A stretch of DNA of 60,406 bases, filler included. It is 6 parts of 6 records of this genome, joined end to end, with 100 filler letters (N's around TTAATTAATTAA, not from the genome) between each part and the next. Parts side by side here need not be neighbours in the genome. Positions count along the whole stretch, not along the records: positions 1 to 8,206 come from DRR723986_14245; 5 more parts are not named here. One strand, given 5' to 3'. Shown here piece by piece: positions 1 through 8,306 of the stretch. The translations under genes were made by a program, and so were the position numbers. Under the pieces are notes generated by a model. That model was given only the letters and a program-made list of their open reading frames with translations, was not told where the DNA came from and did not search any database. Each line of letters opens with the position of its first letter. Position 1 is the first letter of the stretch.

Positions 1-113
1 GAGTCGTGTTGGCAGTCATGCGCGTATTATGGAGGGTAAATCGGGATTGAGTACACTTAGCTGCGATTACTTTCAGTACCCAGCGTTCTTCTCTTTGCGA
101 AACCAGACATCGG

Positions 114-635
114 ATGTCACACATGTATAAACTTTATTTTAGCCCTCCTATAACGCCAATCTCAAAGGCCTTATTCCCAGTTCTACTAGGGGCTTTGTTA
201 GTACTTAACCTTTCAACCATCGAGAAGCTCATAAGCAGTAGAGACGACGTCAACTATCCAAACAAGTACTGCGGATCGTTAGTAAGTTATGGTCTTGATA
301 AGAATAAGATACGGGGTTTTTCAACTTGGCGAGTAACTCTACAGAGGCGAGACGGCGATCGAAGAGTTTTCAAAGTTGGGGATGACTATGTGCATTCAAA
401 AATAAATGGCTATGAAATGACGCCGGGAACCAAAATCTGCATCTCCTATATCACTAGAGTCTCCTCAATTGACTACCCGTTTATCACTCAAATCAGTATA
501 AACAGCGATGAATTATTAGACAAAAACGATGTCGTTAACGCGTACTTGAAGCCAGTATATTGGCTTGATTACTTAATTTTAGTAAGCACTTTTCCTATCT
601 TATTAATATCTTTTATTGGCATAAAAAGGGAATGA
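114..635 (+). CDS. Hypothetical membrane protein (N- and C-terminal hydrophobic segments)
   Basis: 173-aa ORF with hydrophobic stretches ALFPVLLGALLVLNL and WLDYLILVSTFPILLISFIG; no family recognised. Confidence 0.6.
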   Translation: MSHMYKLYFSPPITPISKALFPVLLGALLVLNLSTIEKLISSRDDVNYPNKYCGSLVSYGLDKNKIRGFSTWRVTLQRRDGDRRVFKVGDDYVHSKINGYEMTPGTKICISYITRVSSIDYPFITQISINSDELLDKNDVVNAYLKPVYWLDYLILVSTFPILLISFIGIKRE

Positions 636-639
636 ACCG

Positions 640-861
640 TTACCTAATACTAAGTGTTCTCGCGGCAGCGGCCACACAGACAAACAACGAAACGACCATA
701 GAGGGAACAACACCAAAACCGCCAACAAAGTATAAAAACGCTGCGCTCAGCGCAGCCAGAATCAATAGAAATACGACATGCTTTCTTTTCTTAAACCAAC
801 ACCAAATGAAAGAATAGTGCTCTCTGGCCGAGGGTAAGTATTTTTTAATATGCTTACTCAA
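640..861 (-). CDS. Small hydrophobic hypothetical protein, possibly an eroded third cassette gene
   Basis: 73-aa ORF with TTG start ~17 bp after the attC2 crossover position, same strand as the cassette genes; two TM-like segments. Confidence 0.45.
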   Translation of the reverse strand: MSKHIKKYLPSAREHYSFIWCWFKKRKHVVFLLILAALSAAFLYFVGGFGVVPSMVVSLFVCVAAAARTLSIR

Positions 862-872
862 AATAATTTTCT

Positions 873-944
873 ATTTAGCGCCGCACTCTGCGGCAAATTT
901 GGAGCGCAGCGGAAAATTTGTCCGTCAGCAGTGCTTTGTTAAGC
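873..944 (-). mobile_element. Integron attC site (attC2, 72 bp) with non-canonical core
   Basis: Minus strand GCTTAAC-AAAGCACT(G)CTG(A)CGG(A)CAAATTT...AAATTTGCCGCAGAGTGCGGC-GCTAAAT: RYYYAAC inverse core and imperfect hairpin with extrahelical bases; the core reads GCT instead of GTT. Confidence 0.85.
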
Positions 945-1016
945 GTTCTCATGTTCGATCCCTATTAAGTAAGATAAAGAACACACCTAATAATGGTCTA
1001 ATTCATCCAGCATAAA

Positions 1017-4000
1017 CTAATTGATGGCTTCAAACTGGCGGTATGAGTATTCCCCGCCTAGATTCTCAGTCTTAGCATATCTTCTTTCTCCAGAAATATG
1101 CTTAACTGGCATTATCCCTAGCTTCTTACCCAATTTGTCGAATAAGTCCTTTCTAAGGTATATAAGATCCCGGTAGTTACTAAAGGTATCGCCTTTGGGG
1201 CTAATGTTTAACACAGCCATATCGCCGCTTTTATCCAAATAGATGAATTCTGTGGGGTTAAAGCGAAGTCCAAGCTCTTTTACGACCCAGGGAGCCAATG
1301 CCAAGCGGTTAGTACTTTCATTCGAACTACCAGGGTTTTCCCAATAGTAGTTAAAAGTCGTGGAAATAACTTTCAAGTTATCAACAATGGGGACTTCGTG
1401 CTCAAAAGTTCCGCCTTTTATATAGATTTCATCACTGAATCTAACTTCGGGTTGTTCGTATGTCTGGGTCTCATATCCAGTTTCGACTCTGATCTCGGAG
1501 TCTCCAGAAAAATCATTAAGAACTTCACAATATAATTCCCCTGAATAGACACTATAGCTGCTATATTTTTCAGGCCATTCTATCTTCCTATTCTCAATCA
1601 CGTACTGCTTAAGTTGACTCATGCACGGTTCAGAAACAAATGCAGTGTCTATTGAACAATAGAAATTTCTGTCTAATTTTTTTGATTCTTCAGAATTAAA
1701 TCCATATAAAAGAATCCATTCATGGCCTTCCGCTTCAATCTCAAGAATGCCTGACAGATCAGGAAGTTTGTCCTCTAGAATCCAATCTTTTGTAGCCTTA
1801 GATTCATCAGAGAGAAATTCATGGATACCAAGCTCTGTATCTTCGACCTTATTGGGGAAGAACGGATCCACATCTGTAGCGAAGCGAGCTTCACCATAAT
1901 ATTCCAATTTGGACTCATCACTTAATTGGCCCGCAAGCTCATAATAAGCAATCCATGAGTATTTCTTTCCATACCTTTCAATTCGGGATCGTCTTGAGCG
2001 CGAGAAATGGTGTCTGTCTGATTCAATAGATTCTTCTACTTTTTCAAATTGATCTTGCGACCATCCCAGCTCATTTACTCGCCAAAGTACGTTACAACGC
2101 GCAATTTTATACCCTTCATGTGAATAATCATAATTCCCCCGACCCTTAACAAGACGCCCAATTGTATAGTTTTCAAAATCCATTCTGAAAGGTGAGTTAT
2201 TACGAGAATAATCTTCTTTATCTTTTTCAATACATCCCCACTCTCTCCTTGGCATCTCTGGAAATGGGTGCTGGAATGAACTCTGATTTAGTTCTTGGAT
2301 ACTATCTGAATGATGAAACGCTACTAGCTTTAGAGTACAACTGGCATATTCTCTCGCTAACAAATGTGTTGTCGCATGGGGAGCATCTTTAACAAACATG
2401 TTCTCCATCAAACTTCTCGCGTAACGAATCACCGAATCCTTGTAATCAGGCGAATTGACGAGGATAGTCGAAAGTGCGTAGCTAGAGGCCAATAAGCGCT
2501 CTTTAACATAAGGGTCATTTACACCGAGCTGATCAATAGTTAACGTAAACAATGCATGGGGATACTGCAAACCTGTGCGGTAAAGCAACTCCGTAACACG
2601 ATCTCTCAGTTCAATCACCGTTGATGTGAGATGCCAAGATAAAAAAATCATCCTCAATCGTATGGTTTCTAGGTTAAATTTGGCTCCATACTTTGTATTT
2701 TTTAAATGGTCATTAACCGCACCAATAATTTCTGAGCTGTGACTTCTAACATACTCCGTCCAAGAGAGATCCCTTTCAGCCACAGACAGATTAAATAATA
2801 TTTCATTGAAGAACTCTGCATTTAATGGGTGTTCAACTGCATACCTCAAAGTCAACAGCTGCTCAATATCTCTCGTCGATAGACCACCATGAGTTATTAG
2901 ATATCTATAATTATCGAGTGTTTCCGGGCAAATATCATTCTTGTCAATTAGAGGAGTTAGTGCTAGAGCAAGAGGTTGATAGTCTTCTGGTAGAACTTTC
3001 CAAAGTTGTTCTCGATATATTGTTTTCGGTATCAATACCACTAAAGCATGGAGAATATCCTGAGAAAGCGGGTGTTGATCCGACATCTCACCAAATAATT
3101 TTTCGATAACATCAGCTTGAGTTACCCATTCGCTTAAAATCTTACCTGAATTCTTCCCCAGAAGATATTCCGCAACAATAAATCCCCCCAAGCGATCGTA
3201 TACTGGTGTTAGTTCGTAGCTATATTTCTCATCCCCTTCATCTCGAAATATTATTCCCTCTTGTGCCAGAAGGTTAACCATATCTGAGTCCCAATCATTA
3301 AGGGGTAGTTTCACCTTATCCCTAAAATCATCTTCTGCTATGGACCGGGTATTTTTTCCCCATATACACTCGCCTAAGAAATAGATAGCTTTCTTGGTAT
3401 CTTCGACACCATATTTCTGACTAAGATTTGTCAAGCTGGCGATCGAGTTTGCTGTATGGTTTATTTGCTCTCTAAAAAGGCTGTAGATTGAAGAAGGGAA
3501 ATACGAAATACGCATTTCGTTTTCAGATTTTCTATTAGTAACCTCACAAAATATCTTAAGATTCAAAGGATGTGAGAAAAAATTCAAAGGCGCGGTAAAT
3601 GGATCTGCTTTAATTTTGTATAGCCGGAAATAGGCTTTAATCGCTTTGTAAGTTAACGCCTCACCGTACCCTTCAGAAAGAATCTCAAAAGCAGATTCCG
3701 GTAGCGATTGCTGCGCACTGATCTCTCTGCCATCGTTTCGTTGACGTTTGTTTGGCCGGTAGTAATTCTCATAACCTTTTTCTGATGTTCTTAAGGTACA
3801 TATCAACACGACGTTAGGATATTTTTTTAAAACTGGAAGAGTAGATTCGAATAAGTGTTTCCATTCTCTCGGGTCTTGAGCTTCATTTAATCCATCAATA
3901 ACGATTGGCAGACGTCTGTTTGACCTTTCACCCGCGGAGTTCACCGCTGAAATCAATGCCTCGAAGTTGTTAACCTGTTTCTGGTAGAAAGTGAAACTAT

Positions 4001-5114
4001 GAGCAATATCGTCTAGCGTCATATCCTTCTTAAGGCATCTTCCAAGTATAAAAACTCCAGCTGGCCTATCGGACATCTGCGCTGTTAGCTCCACCGCTAG
4101 CTGTGTTTTTCCACCACCAGCGTCCGCCAAAATTGCAATAAATTGTTGGGAAAGTAGTTCAACAGCAGACCTGAACAAATTCTTTATATCTTTTATATAC
4201 GCTAAAGCATTAGTAATCGTCAAAGTTAACGGTAGGTTGCCTGAACGGAGTTGCATTAATGTTCTTTGAATTTCCAATTTCGACCGAGAGTCAACATCCG
4301 AGAGCGTGGCTATTACATCTTGAATATCATTTCCACAAATATCTTTATTAAATATCTCACAACACTCAATGAGATTGGCGCAATATGTATGAAAAACTTC
4401 TAAAGCATCCCTCCAACGAGAATATTCAGTCTTATTAATGCTTGATTCAATTGTCTCGGATACTTCAGCTAAATTATCGGCGATATTTTTGAATGTGTCC
4501 CACGCTTCTTTTTCGCCCAGCACCTTTCTAACCTGAAGCTCGGCCTCCATTCGCTGATGAACCTCATGAAGCCAGCGACTTTTTATAGGAGCAATTGATT
4601 TTTCATGCTGCTCAAGCAGCATTTCATTAGTCAACGCAAGCTCACCAAAATAAGAGTTACGTAAATCCAAAGCTGGGCCTGATAAAAGCTCATCTAAGTC
4701 ATGTTGACTCCAAAGATGCAAGGTAAAGGTATAGTTACTTTGAAGATCATAGAACCATTTTTGATCACATTTAGCCAGGGTTTGGTGAGTCCAAAGAAAC
4801 CAATGATTAATATGTGAAACGTGCTCTTTAGTTTTATCTAGTGAATGTATAATCTGCTGCTTAGCTATATTGGTTAGCTCTCCGTTCGCTTTATAGCTAA
4901 ACCATTTATTTTGCCATCCAACGGTCTCATTTCTTTTTGCTAATCGTGGGTGGTCGTTGTTCAATGTAATATAGAACTCAACTCCTGGCTGGTTCTTCAA
5001 TTCATGCAAAGGACCTAAACTGCCAAAGTTTCTTCTAACTACTCCTCGGCATAGTTTTTCAAAATTTTCAGTATCAGCACCAGGTAGGTTTTGAAAACGA
5101 TTCCAGTCAAGCAT
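1017..5114 (-). CDS. Avs/AVAST-like STAND NTPase with N-terminal Mrr-like PD-(D/E)xK nuclease domain (putative anti-phage sensor-effector)
   Basis: N-terminal NFEKLC...QPGVEF...GWQNKW (E..E..QxK); Walker A ADAGGGKT; Walker B IVIDGLNE; HPLNLKIFC; C-terminal motifs ERDLSWT, NDPYVKERLLA and ERYGKKYSWIA resembling Avs2-type proteins. Confidence 0.8.
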   Translation of the reverse strand: MLDWNRFQNLPGADTENFEKLCRGVVRRNFGSLGPLHELKNQPGVEFYITLNNDHPRLAKRNETVGWQNKWFSYKANGELTNIAKQQIIHSLDKTKEHVSHINHWFLWTHQTLAKCDQKWFYDLQSNYTFTLHLWSQHDLDELLSGPALDLRNSYFGELALTNEMLLEQHEKSIAPIKSRWLHEVHQRMEAELQVRKVLGEKEAWDTFKNIADNLAEVSETIESSINKTEYSRWRDALEVFHTYCANLIECCEIFNKDICGNDIQDVIATLSDVDSRSKLEIQRTLMQLRSGNLPLTLTITNALAYIKDIKNLFRSAVELLSQQFIAILADAGGGKTQLAVELTAQMSDRPAGVFILGRCLKKDMTLDDIAHSFTFYQKQVNNFEALISAVNSAGERSNRRLPIVIDGLNEAQDPREWKHLFESTLPVLKKYPNVVLICTLRTSEKGYENYYRPNKRQRNDGREISAQQSLPESAFEILSEGYGEALTYKAIKAYFRLYKIKADPFTAPLNFFSHPLNLKIFCEVTNRKSENEMRISYFPSSIYSLFREQINHTANSIASLTNLSQKYGVEDTKKAIYFLGECIWGKNTRSIAEDDFRDKVKLPLNDWDSDMVNLLAQEGIIFRDEGDEKYSYELTPVYDRLGGFIVAEYLLGKNSGKILSEWVTQADVIEKLFGEMSDQHPLSQDILHALVVLIPKTIYREQLWKVLPEDYQPLALALTPLIDKNDICPETLDNYRYLITHGGLSTRDIEQLLTLRYAVEHPLNAEFFNEILFNLSVAERDLSWTEYVRSHSSEIIGAVNDHLKNTKYGAKFNLETIRLRMIFLSWHLTSTVIELRDRVTELLYRTGLQYPHALFTLTIDQLGVNDPYVKERLLASSYALSTILVNSPDYKDSVIRYARSLMENMFVKDAPHATTHLLAREYASCTLKLVAFHHSDSIQELNQSSFQHPFPEMPRREWGCIEKDKEDYSRNNSPFRMDFENYTIGRLVKGRGNYDYSHEGYKIARCNVLWRVNELGWSQDQFEKVEESIESDRHHFSRSRRSRIERYGKKYSWIAYYELAGQLSDESKLEYYGEARFATDVDPFFPNKVEDTELGIHEFLSDESKATKDWILEDKLPDLSGILEIEAEGHEWILLYGFNSEESKKLDRNFYCSIDTAFVSEPCMSQLKQYVIENRKIEWPEKYSSYSVYSGELYCEVLNDFSGDSEIRVETGYETQTYEQPEVRFSDEIYIKGGTFEHEVPIVDNLKVISTTFNYYWENPGSSNESTNRLALAPWVVKELGLRFNPTEFIYLDKSGDMAVLNISPKGDTFSNYRDLIYLRKDLFDKLGKKLGIMPVKHISGERRYAKTENLGGEYSYRQFEAIN

Positions 5115-5123
5115 AATTAAATC

Positions 5124-5507
5124 CTAATCTTTATCGTTTTCCGGATAATCGTGCGCCGAAAAAACTTCAACCTTAGCGCCTTTATGTATTAGAAGGCTAA
5201 TAAATGCATTGACATCATCATCTGAGCTAATGCGAACCTCTTTGTCATGACGGGAAATGTGGACATCATACAATAAGTGGCCTAGCTGATGAGGCGTCAG
5301 GGAAAAGAGATTCTCTTTACCCAAAAAATCGAGCGTTTTTCTATCAAACCGGTCAGCTTCAACATCAAATTCCGAGTTTTCGCTTAAAAATCTCGTGACT
5401 TTCTCTGTTAATTGTTCAAACGCTTCGGCTTCATGCTCCTCTTTAAAGCTTCCAATTATCACGAGATTTAGCGAATGTTCAGATCCATAGCTATTCCAAA
5501 TTTTCAT
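5124..5507 (-). CDS. 127-aa hypothetical protein (DUF6375-like from memory, unverified)
   Basis: ATGA overlap with the radical SAM stop; 9-bp gap to the STAND gene; N-terminus MKIWNSYGSEHSLNLVIIG, C-terminus KVEVFSAHDYP. Confidence 0.8.
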   Translation of the reverse strand: MKIWNSYGSEHSLNLVIIGSFKEEHEAEAFEQLTEKVTRFLSENSEFDVEADRFDRKTLDFLGKENLFSLTPHQLGHLLYDVHISRHDKEVRISSDDDVNAFISLLIHKGAKVEVFSAHDYPENDKD

Positions 5508-6409
5508 GCTGATCTCCGCTCTTCTATTAACTTGTTAAATGCGTGCATTACACCCTTTTCGCTAATAATCTGACCGCCTCTATCAAAAGAGCATCGTTTC
5601 AATATACCGTTGGCATCTATGTGAGCAAACGCAATCTCTTCTGACTCGCTGGGTAAAGGGTATTGGTTTTTTACTAATTCAGAATGCGCAGAGCTAATCG
5701 ATAGCTGTAAACTACCTCTGTATGAAGCTATCCAGTCTGAAAGCTGAGTAAGTGTTTGCTGTGTAACGGAATTCCCTCGTCCATGCGCTACTTCTGGTAG
5801 AAGTAGCAGCTCCTTCGCATGAAATTCTTCCGCAATTTCCGCAGCTTTCGTTAAATCAGTAATTGTTGCCTCATTGACAACATAGTTGATTCCAAATGGA
5901 ATCTTTCCCTGGATTAAACTCAACTTCTCAAGCAAAGAAGGAAAAGAGCGCCCCCTGATTTTTTCATAGGTATGGTGCACACCATCCATGCTTATTCTTA
6001 GGAAATTCACCGATGATTTAAGGGCCTCAACTAATGGGGGATTCAATCTATGACCATGAGATGTCATAGTTATCGCGAGATTAGTATAGGTACGTCCAAA
6101 CTCGCAAAGCTCAGTTATTTTTGGGTAGAGCATTGGTTCTCCCCCGCCAAAGCCAACTCCAAAACAGCCTGCACTATCTAAATCTAGCATCCACTGTTTT
6201 AAAGATTCAAAGTCCAATCGTGCAGACATTTTAGATGCATAGCAGTGTGTACACTCAAGATCACAAGCATTAGTTAGTGCAATCGAAACTTGCCTTGGGC
6301 TAAATGTCCAACGATCTCTTGGTGGAACAATCTCGTCCAGAAGGACATTGGTGCCTGTATCTCTATCAAAAATATGTACACCATCGGGCCCTAATCTTAC
6401 TTTTGACAT
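5504..6409 (-). CDS. Radical SAM enzyme
   Basis: CxxxCxxC motif (NACDLECTHCY), FGGGEP, ISMDG; single C-terminal Cys (HIDANGILKRC); ATG at 6409 preferred over GTG at 6454. Confidence 0.9.
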   Translation of the reverse strand: MSKVRLGPDGVHIFDRDTGTNVLLDEIVPPRDRWTFSPRQVSIALTNACDLECTHCYASKMSARLDFESLKQWMLDLDSAGCFGVGFGGGEPMLYPKITELCEFGRTYTNLAITMTSHGHRLNPPLVEALKSSVNFLRISMDGVHHTYEKIRGRSFPSLLEKLSLIQGKIPFGINYVVNEATITDLTKAAEIAEEFHAKELLLLPEVAHGRGNSVTQQTLTQLSDWIASYRGSLQLSISSAHSELVKNQYPLPSESEEIAFAHIDANGILKRCSFDRGGQIISEKGVMHAFNKLIEERRSA

Positions 6410-6568
6410 TTCAAGCCTATATTCTCCGAATGCCTTTTTTAATCTATCAAGCACATCTAACTGCTTCTAGTTTTTTTTGAAAAACCAATTAAACATACAA
6501 TTAACGCTTCTGCTTTTAAATTGGTGCGTTCAAGAACTTAATTACTAAATACGAGCGTTCTGATCCAC

Positions 6569-6665
6569 GCTTAACGCCTGAGTTCAGCGGCGTTTGAAGC
6601 GGCGACCGTTTTGCGGCAGCAAAATGGGCGACGGGTCAAACGTCCGCTGCAACGATTTGTTAGCT
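6569..6665 (-). mobile_element. Integron attC site (attC1, 97 bp)
   Basis: Minus strand AGCTAAC-AAATC-GTT(G)CAGCGG(A)CGTTTGA...TCAAACGCCGCTGAAC-TCAGGC-GTTAAGC, overlapping the TAA stop of the upstream gene. Confidence 0.93.
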
Positions 6666-7755
6666 TACCCAAACTCCAGCGTTTCAATCTCTTTCCCCTG
6701 ATAGTGATTGACGTTTCCATTGCCCATCCAAAACGACGTAATGTCATCTGGATCGGAGATGAACTCGATTCTCAATTGCTCTTTGGTTTTTTCTTCGTCA
6801 AATGGGGCACGTAACCCCTCAACGGTAGTTGCATCACCGACAACCGCATGAGTACAAATCTTGAGCGAGTTGGCGGAAATTTCAGCGTTCTGAATCGAAA
6901 CTTCTTCGCCGGGAACCGACGGAATTCTCTGAATGAACGGTGACACAACCTCGTGATACCCGAAATCGCCGGGGGGCATATGGCGGAAGCACGGCTGGGG
7001 AGCCAATTCCTCGGCTTTAACCCAGGCCGCAATGGTCTGGGTTCGATTTGCCGTTGATTCGCGATATACGTCTAGTACAAGATCCGGGTGATCGGTGAAA
7101 TTTTGATCTACACGAAACGCGATCTTGCCGTTATGCGACATTGCAATCTGTTGAAGGTCTGCAGCACAACGAATAGCAGGCAGCGCTGTGAAGTAGAGAA
7201 ACGTGTAGTTCACACACTCTTTGATCCCTTGAATATTCCAGGCAGAGGTACGGAAGTTGCCTCCAGCGAGAATCGACTTCTTCGCTTTCATCGAGGTGTG
7301 ATGGTAAAGCTTCAGCTGTGGTTTGCCGCCGACCAATCTGGCGTTTCCAGACGTAAATTTATGCAGCATTTTGGGAGCTTTTATCCGACACCTGTAAAGC
7401 AGACTTCCATCCGCCAAGCGTTTGACCAGGCCTGAATTCAGGAATCGGATTCTGAGAGCATTGCCGTGGGAAATATCTACCAGCAAGTCACAAATGCTGA
7501 AGTCATCAAATTTGGCGACTTGATTGCCAGAAAAATAGAGCGGTTGTATCCAATGTAAGGCGCCTCCAATCTCTACATAAATTTGGTCTGGGGCCACCAA
7601 CGAATACCCTTGGCCGTGCATCAACTTGCACTTGATGTATCCCTCGTATTCGATATCGCCAAATTTGCGATCGGCCCGAGAGAACTCATCGATGTAGATG
7701 TGCTGCCCCTTGCGGCGCTTTCGGTTAAACCTAAGTTCCAACATGGGTAAGCTAA
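6575..7755 (-). mobile_element. Integron gene cassette 1 (~1.18 kb, single gene)
   Basis: Starts G/TTAGCTTACCCATG and the gene ends TGGGTAAGCTAAC: 13-bp perfect end complementarity (6659-6671 / 7744-7756); promoterless gene starts ~11 bp after the crossover. Confidence 0.9.
6665..7744 (-). CDS. Cassette protein with putative ADP-ribosyltransferase-like domain
   Basis: 359 aa; LKLYHHTSMKAKKSILAGGNF...FLYFT resembles strands 1-2 of H-type ART folds; function inferred only. Confidence 0.55.
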   Translation of the reverse strand: MLELRFNRKRRKGQHIYIDEFSRADRKFGDIEYEGYIKCKLMHGQGYSLVAPDQIYVEIGGALHWIQPLYFSGNQVAKFDDFSICDLLVDISHGNALRIRFLNSGLVKRLADGSLLYRCRIKAPKMLHKFTSGNARLVGGKPQLKLYHHTSMKAKKSILAGGNFRTSAWNIQGIKECVNYTFLYFTALPAIRCAADLQQIAMSHNGKIAFRVDQNFTDHPDLVLDVYRESTANRTQTIAAWVKAEELAPQPCFRHMPPGDFGYHEVVSPFIQRIPSVPGEEVSIQNAEISANSLKICTHAVVGDATTVEGLRAPFDEEKTKEQLRIEFISDPDDITSFWMGNGNVNHYQGKEIETLEFG

Positions 7756-7880
7756 CATTTGTATATCGCGCATGCTCGGTTTGCTAAAGCATGAATGTCG
7801 CTGTAGCTCCCTGAATTAATTAGGAAAAAGGCTGTTTTTTCGGCGTTTTTTCGCAGGGAAAGCGCGCATGCGCATTTATT
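7750..7880 (-). mobile_element. Putative integron attI site
   Basis: GCATGCGCGATATACAAAT-GTTAGC at the head of the array with no attC hairpin; CGCGCATGC repeated at ~7767 and ~7863. Confidence 0.65.
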
Positions 7881-8109
7881 TAAATAACGAGGGGGTCTCA
7901 TAATTTTTGCCTGCATGTCCCTATGTTGCTGTTTTGTTTATTCTTTATTTTTGCGCCCAAGATTAACGCGCACTCCTTTGCTGAGTTCAGCTTAATGCAG
8001 TTGGTTTTTGATGTATAGCTTTCGCTGCTAGCCTACACCGGCACGGCCTAGGAGTACTATTGCGCTGGGGCATGTACTGAGGGGAAACGTCATTATGATT
8101 TTAGGCAGG

Positions 8110-8131
8110 TCGCCCTCAGGCGGGCTCCTAC
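8110..8131 (-). repeat. GTAG-family REP-like element
   Basis: Minus strand GTAG-GA-GCCC-GCCTGA-GGGC-GA: GTAG tetranucleotide followed by a short hairpin. Confidence 0.55.
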
Positions 8132-8206
8132 GGGGTGTGCGGTATCGTCGGGGCGCGGGCTCGATTCCCCTCAGCACTGCCGAGCACGGCGGGAGGTGTG
8201 CGGGAA

Positions 8207-8306
8207 NNNNNNNNNNNNNNNNNNNNNNNNNNNNNNNNNNNNNNNNNNNNTTAATTAATTAANNNNNNNNNNNNNNNNNNNNNNNNNNNNNNNNNNNNNN
8301 NNNNNN
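8207..8306. other. Artificial contig linker
   Basis: 44 N + TTAATTAATTAA (stops in all six frames) + 44 N; base composition changes across it. Confidence 0.99.

Larger units (their letters stand above)
879..6574 (-). mobile_element. Integron gene cassette 2 (~5.7 kb, three genes)
   Basis: Bounded by the attC1 GTT (G at 6575) and attC2; ends are complementary (plus strand GTTAAGCGT 938-946 / ACGCTTAAC 6567-6575); no internal attC seen. Confidence 0.85.

Noticed and set aside
632-817. 61-aa plus-strand ORF overlapping the stop of 114-635
   Set aside because: Fully antisense to the 640-861 ORF, which has better cassette geometry and TM character; cannot be wholly excluded.
5504-6409. Calling the radical SAM enzyme a prokaryotic viperin
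   Set aside because: It lacks the N-x-H before and F-H after the Cys motif that I expect in viperins (it has SIALTNAC...CYA); left as unassigned radical SAM.
7880-8206. intI gene or LexA box next to attI
   Set aside because: No tyrosine-recombinase ORF is visible and I found no convincing CTGT-N8-ACAG match.
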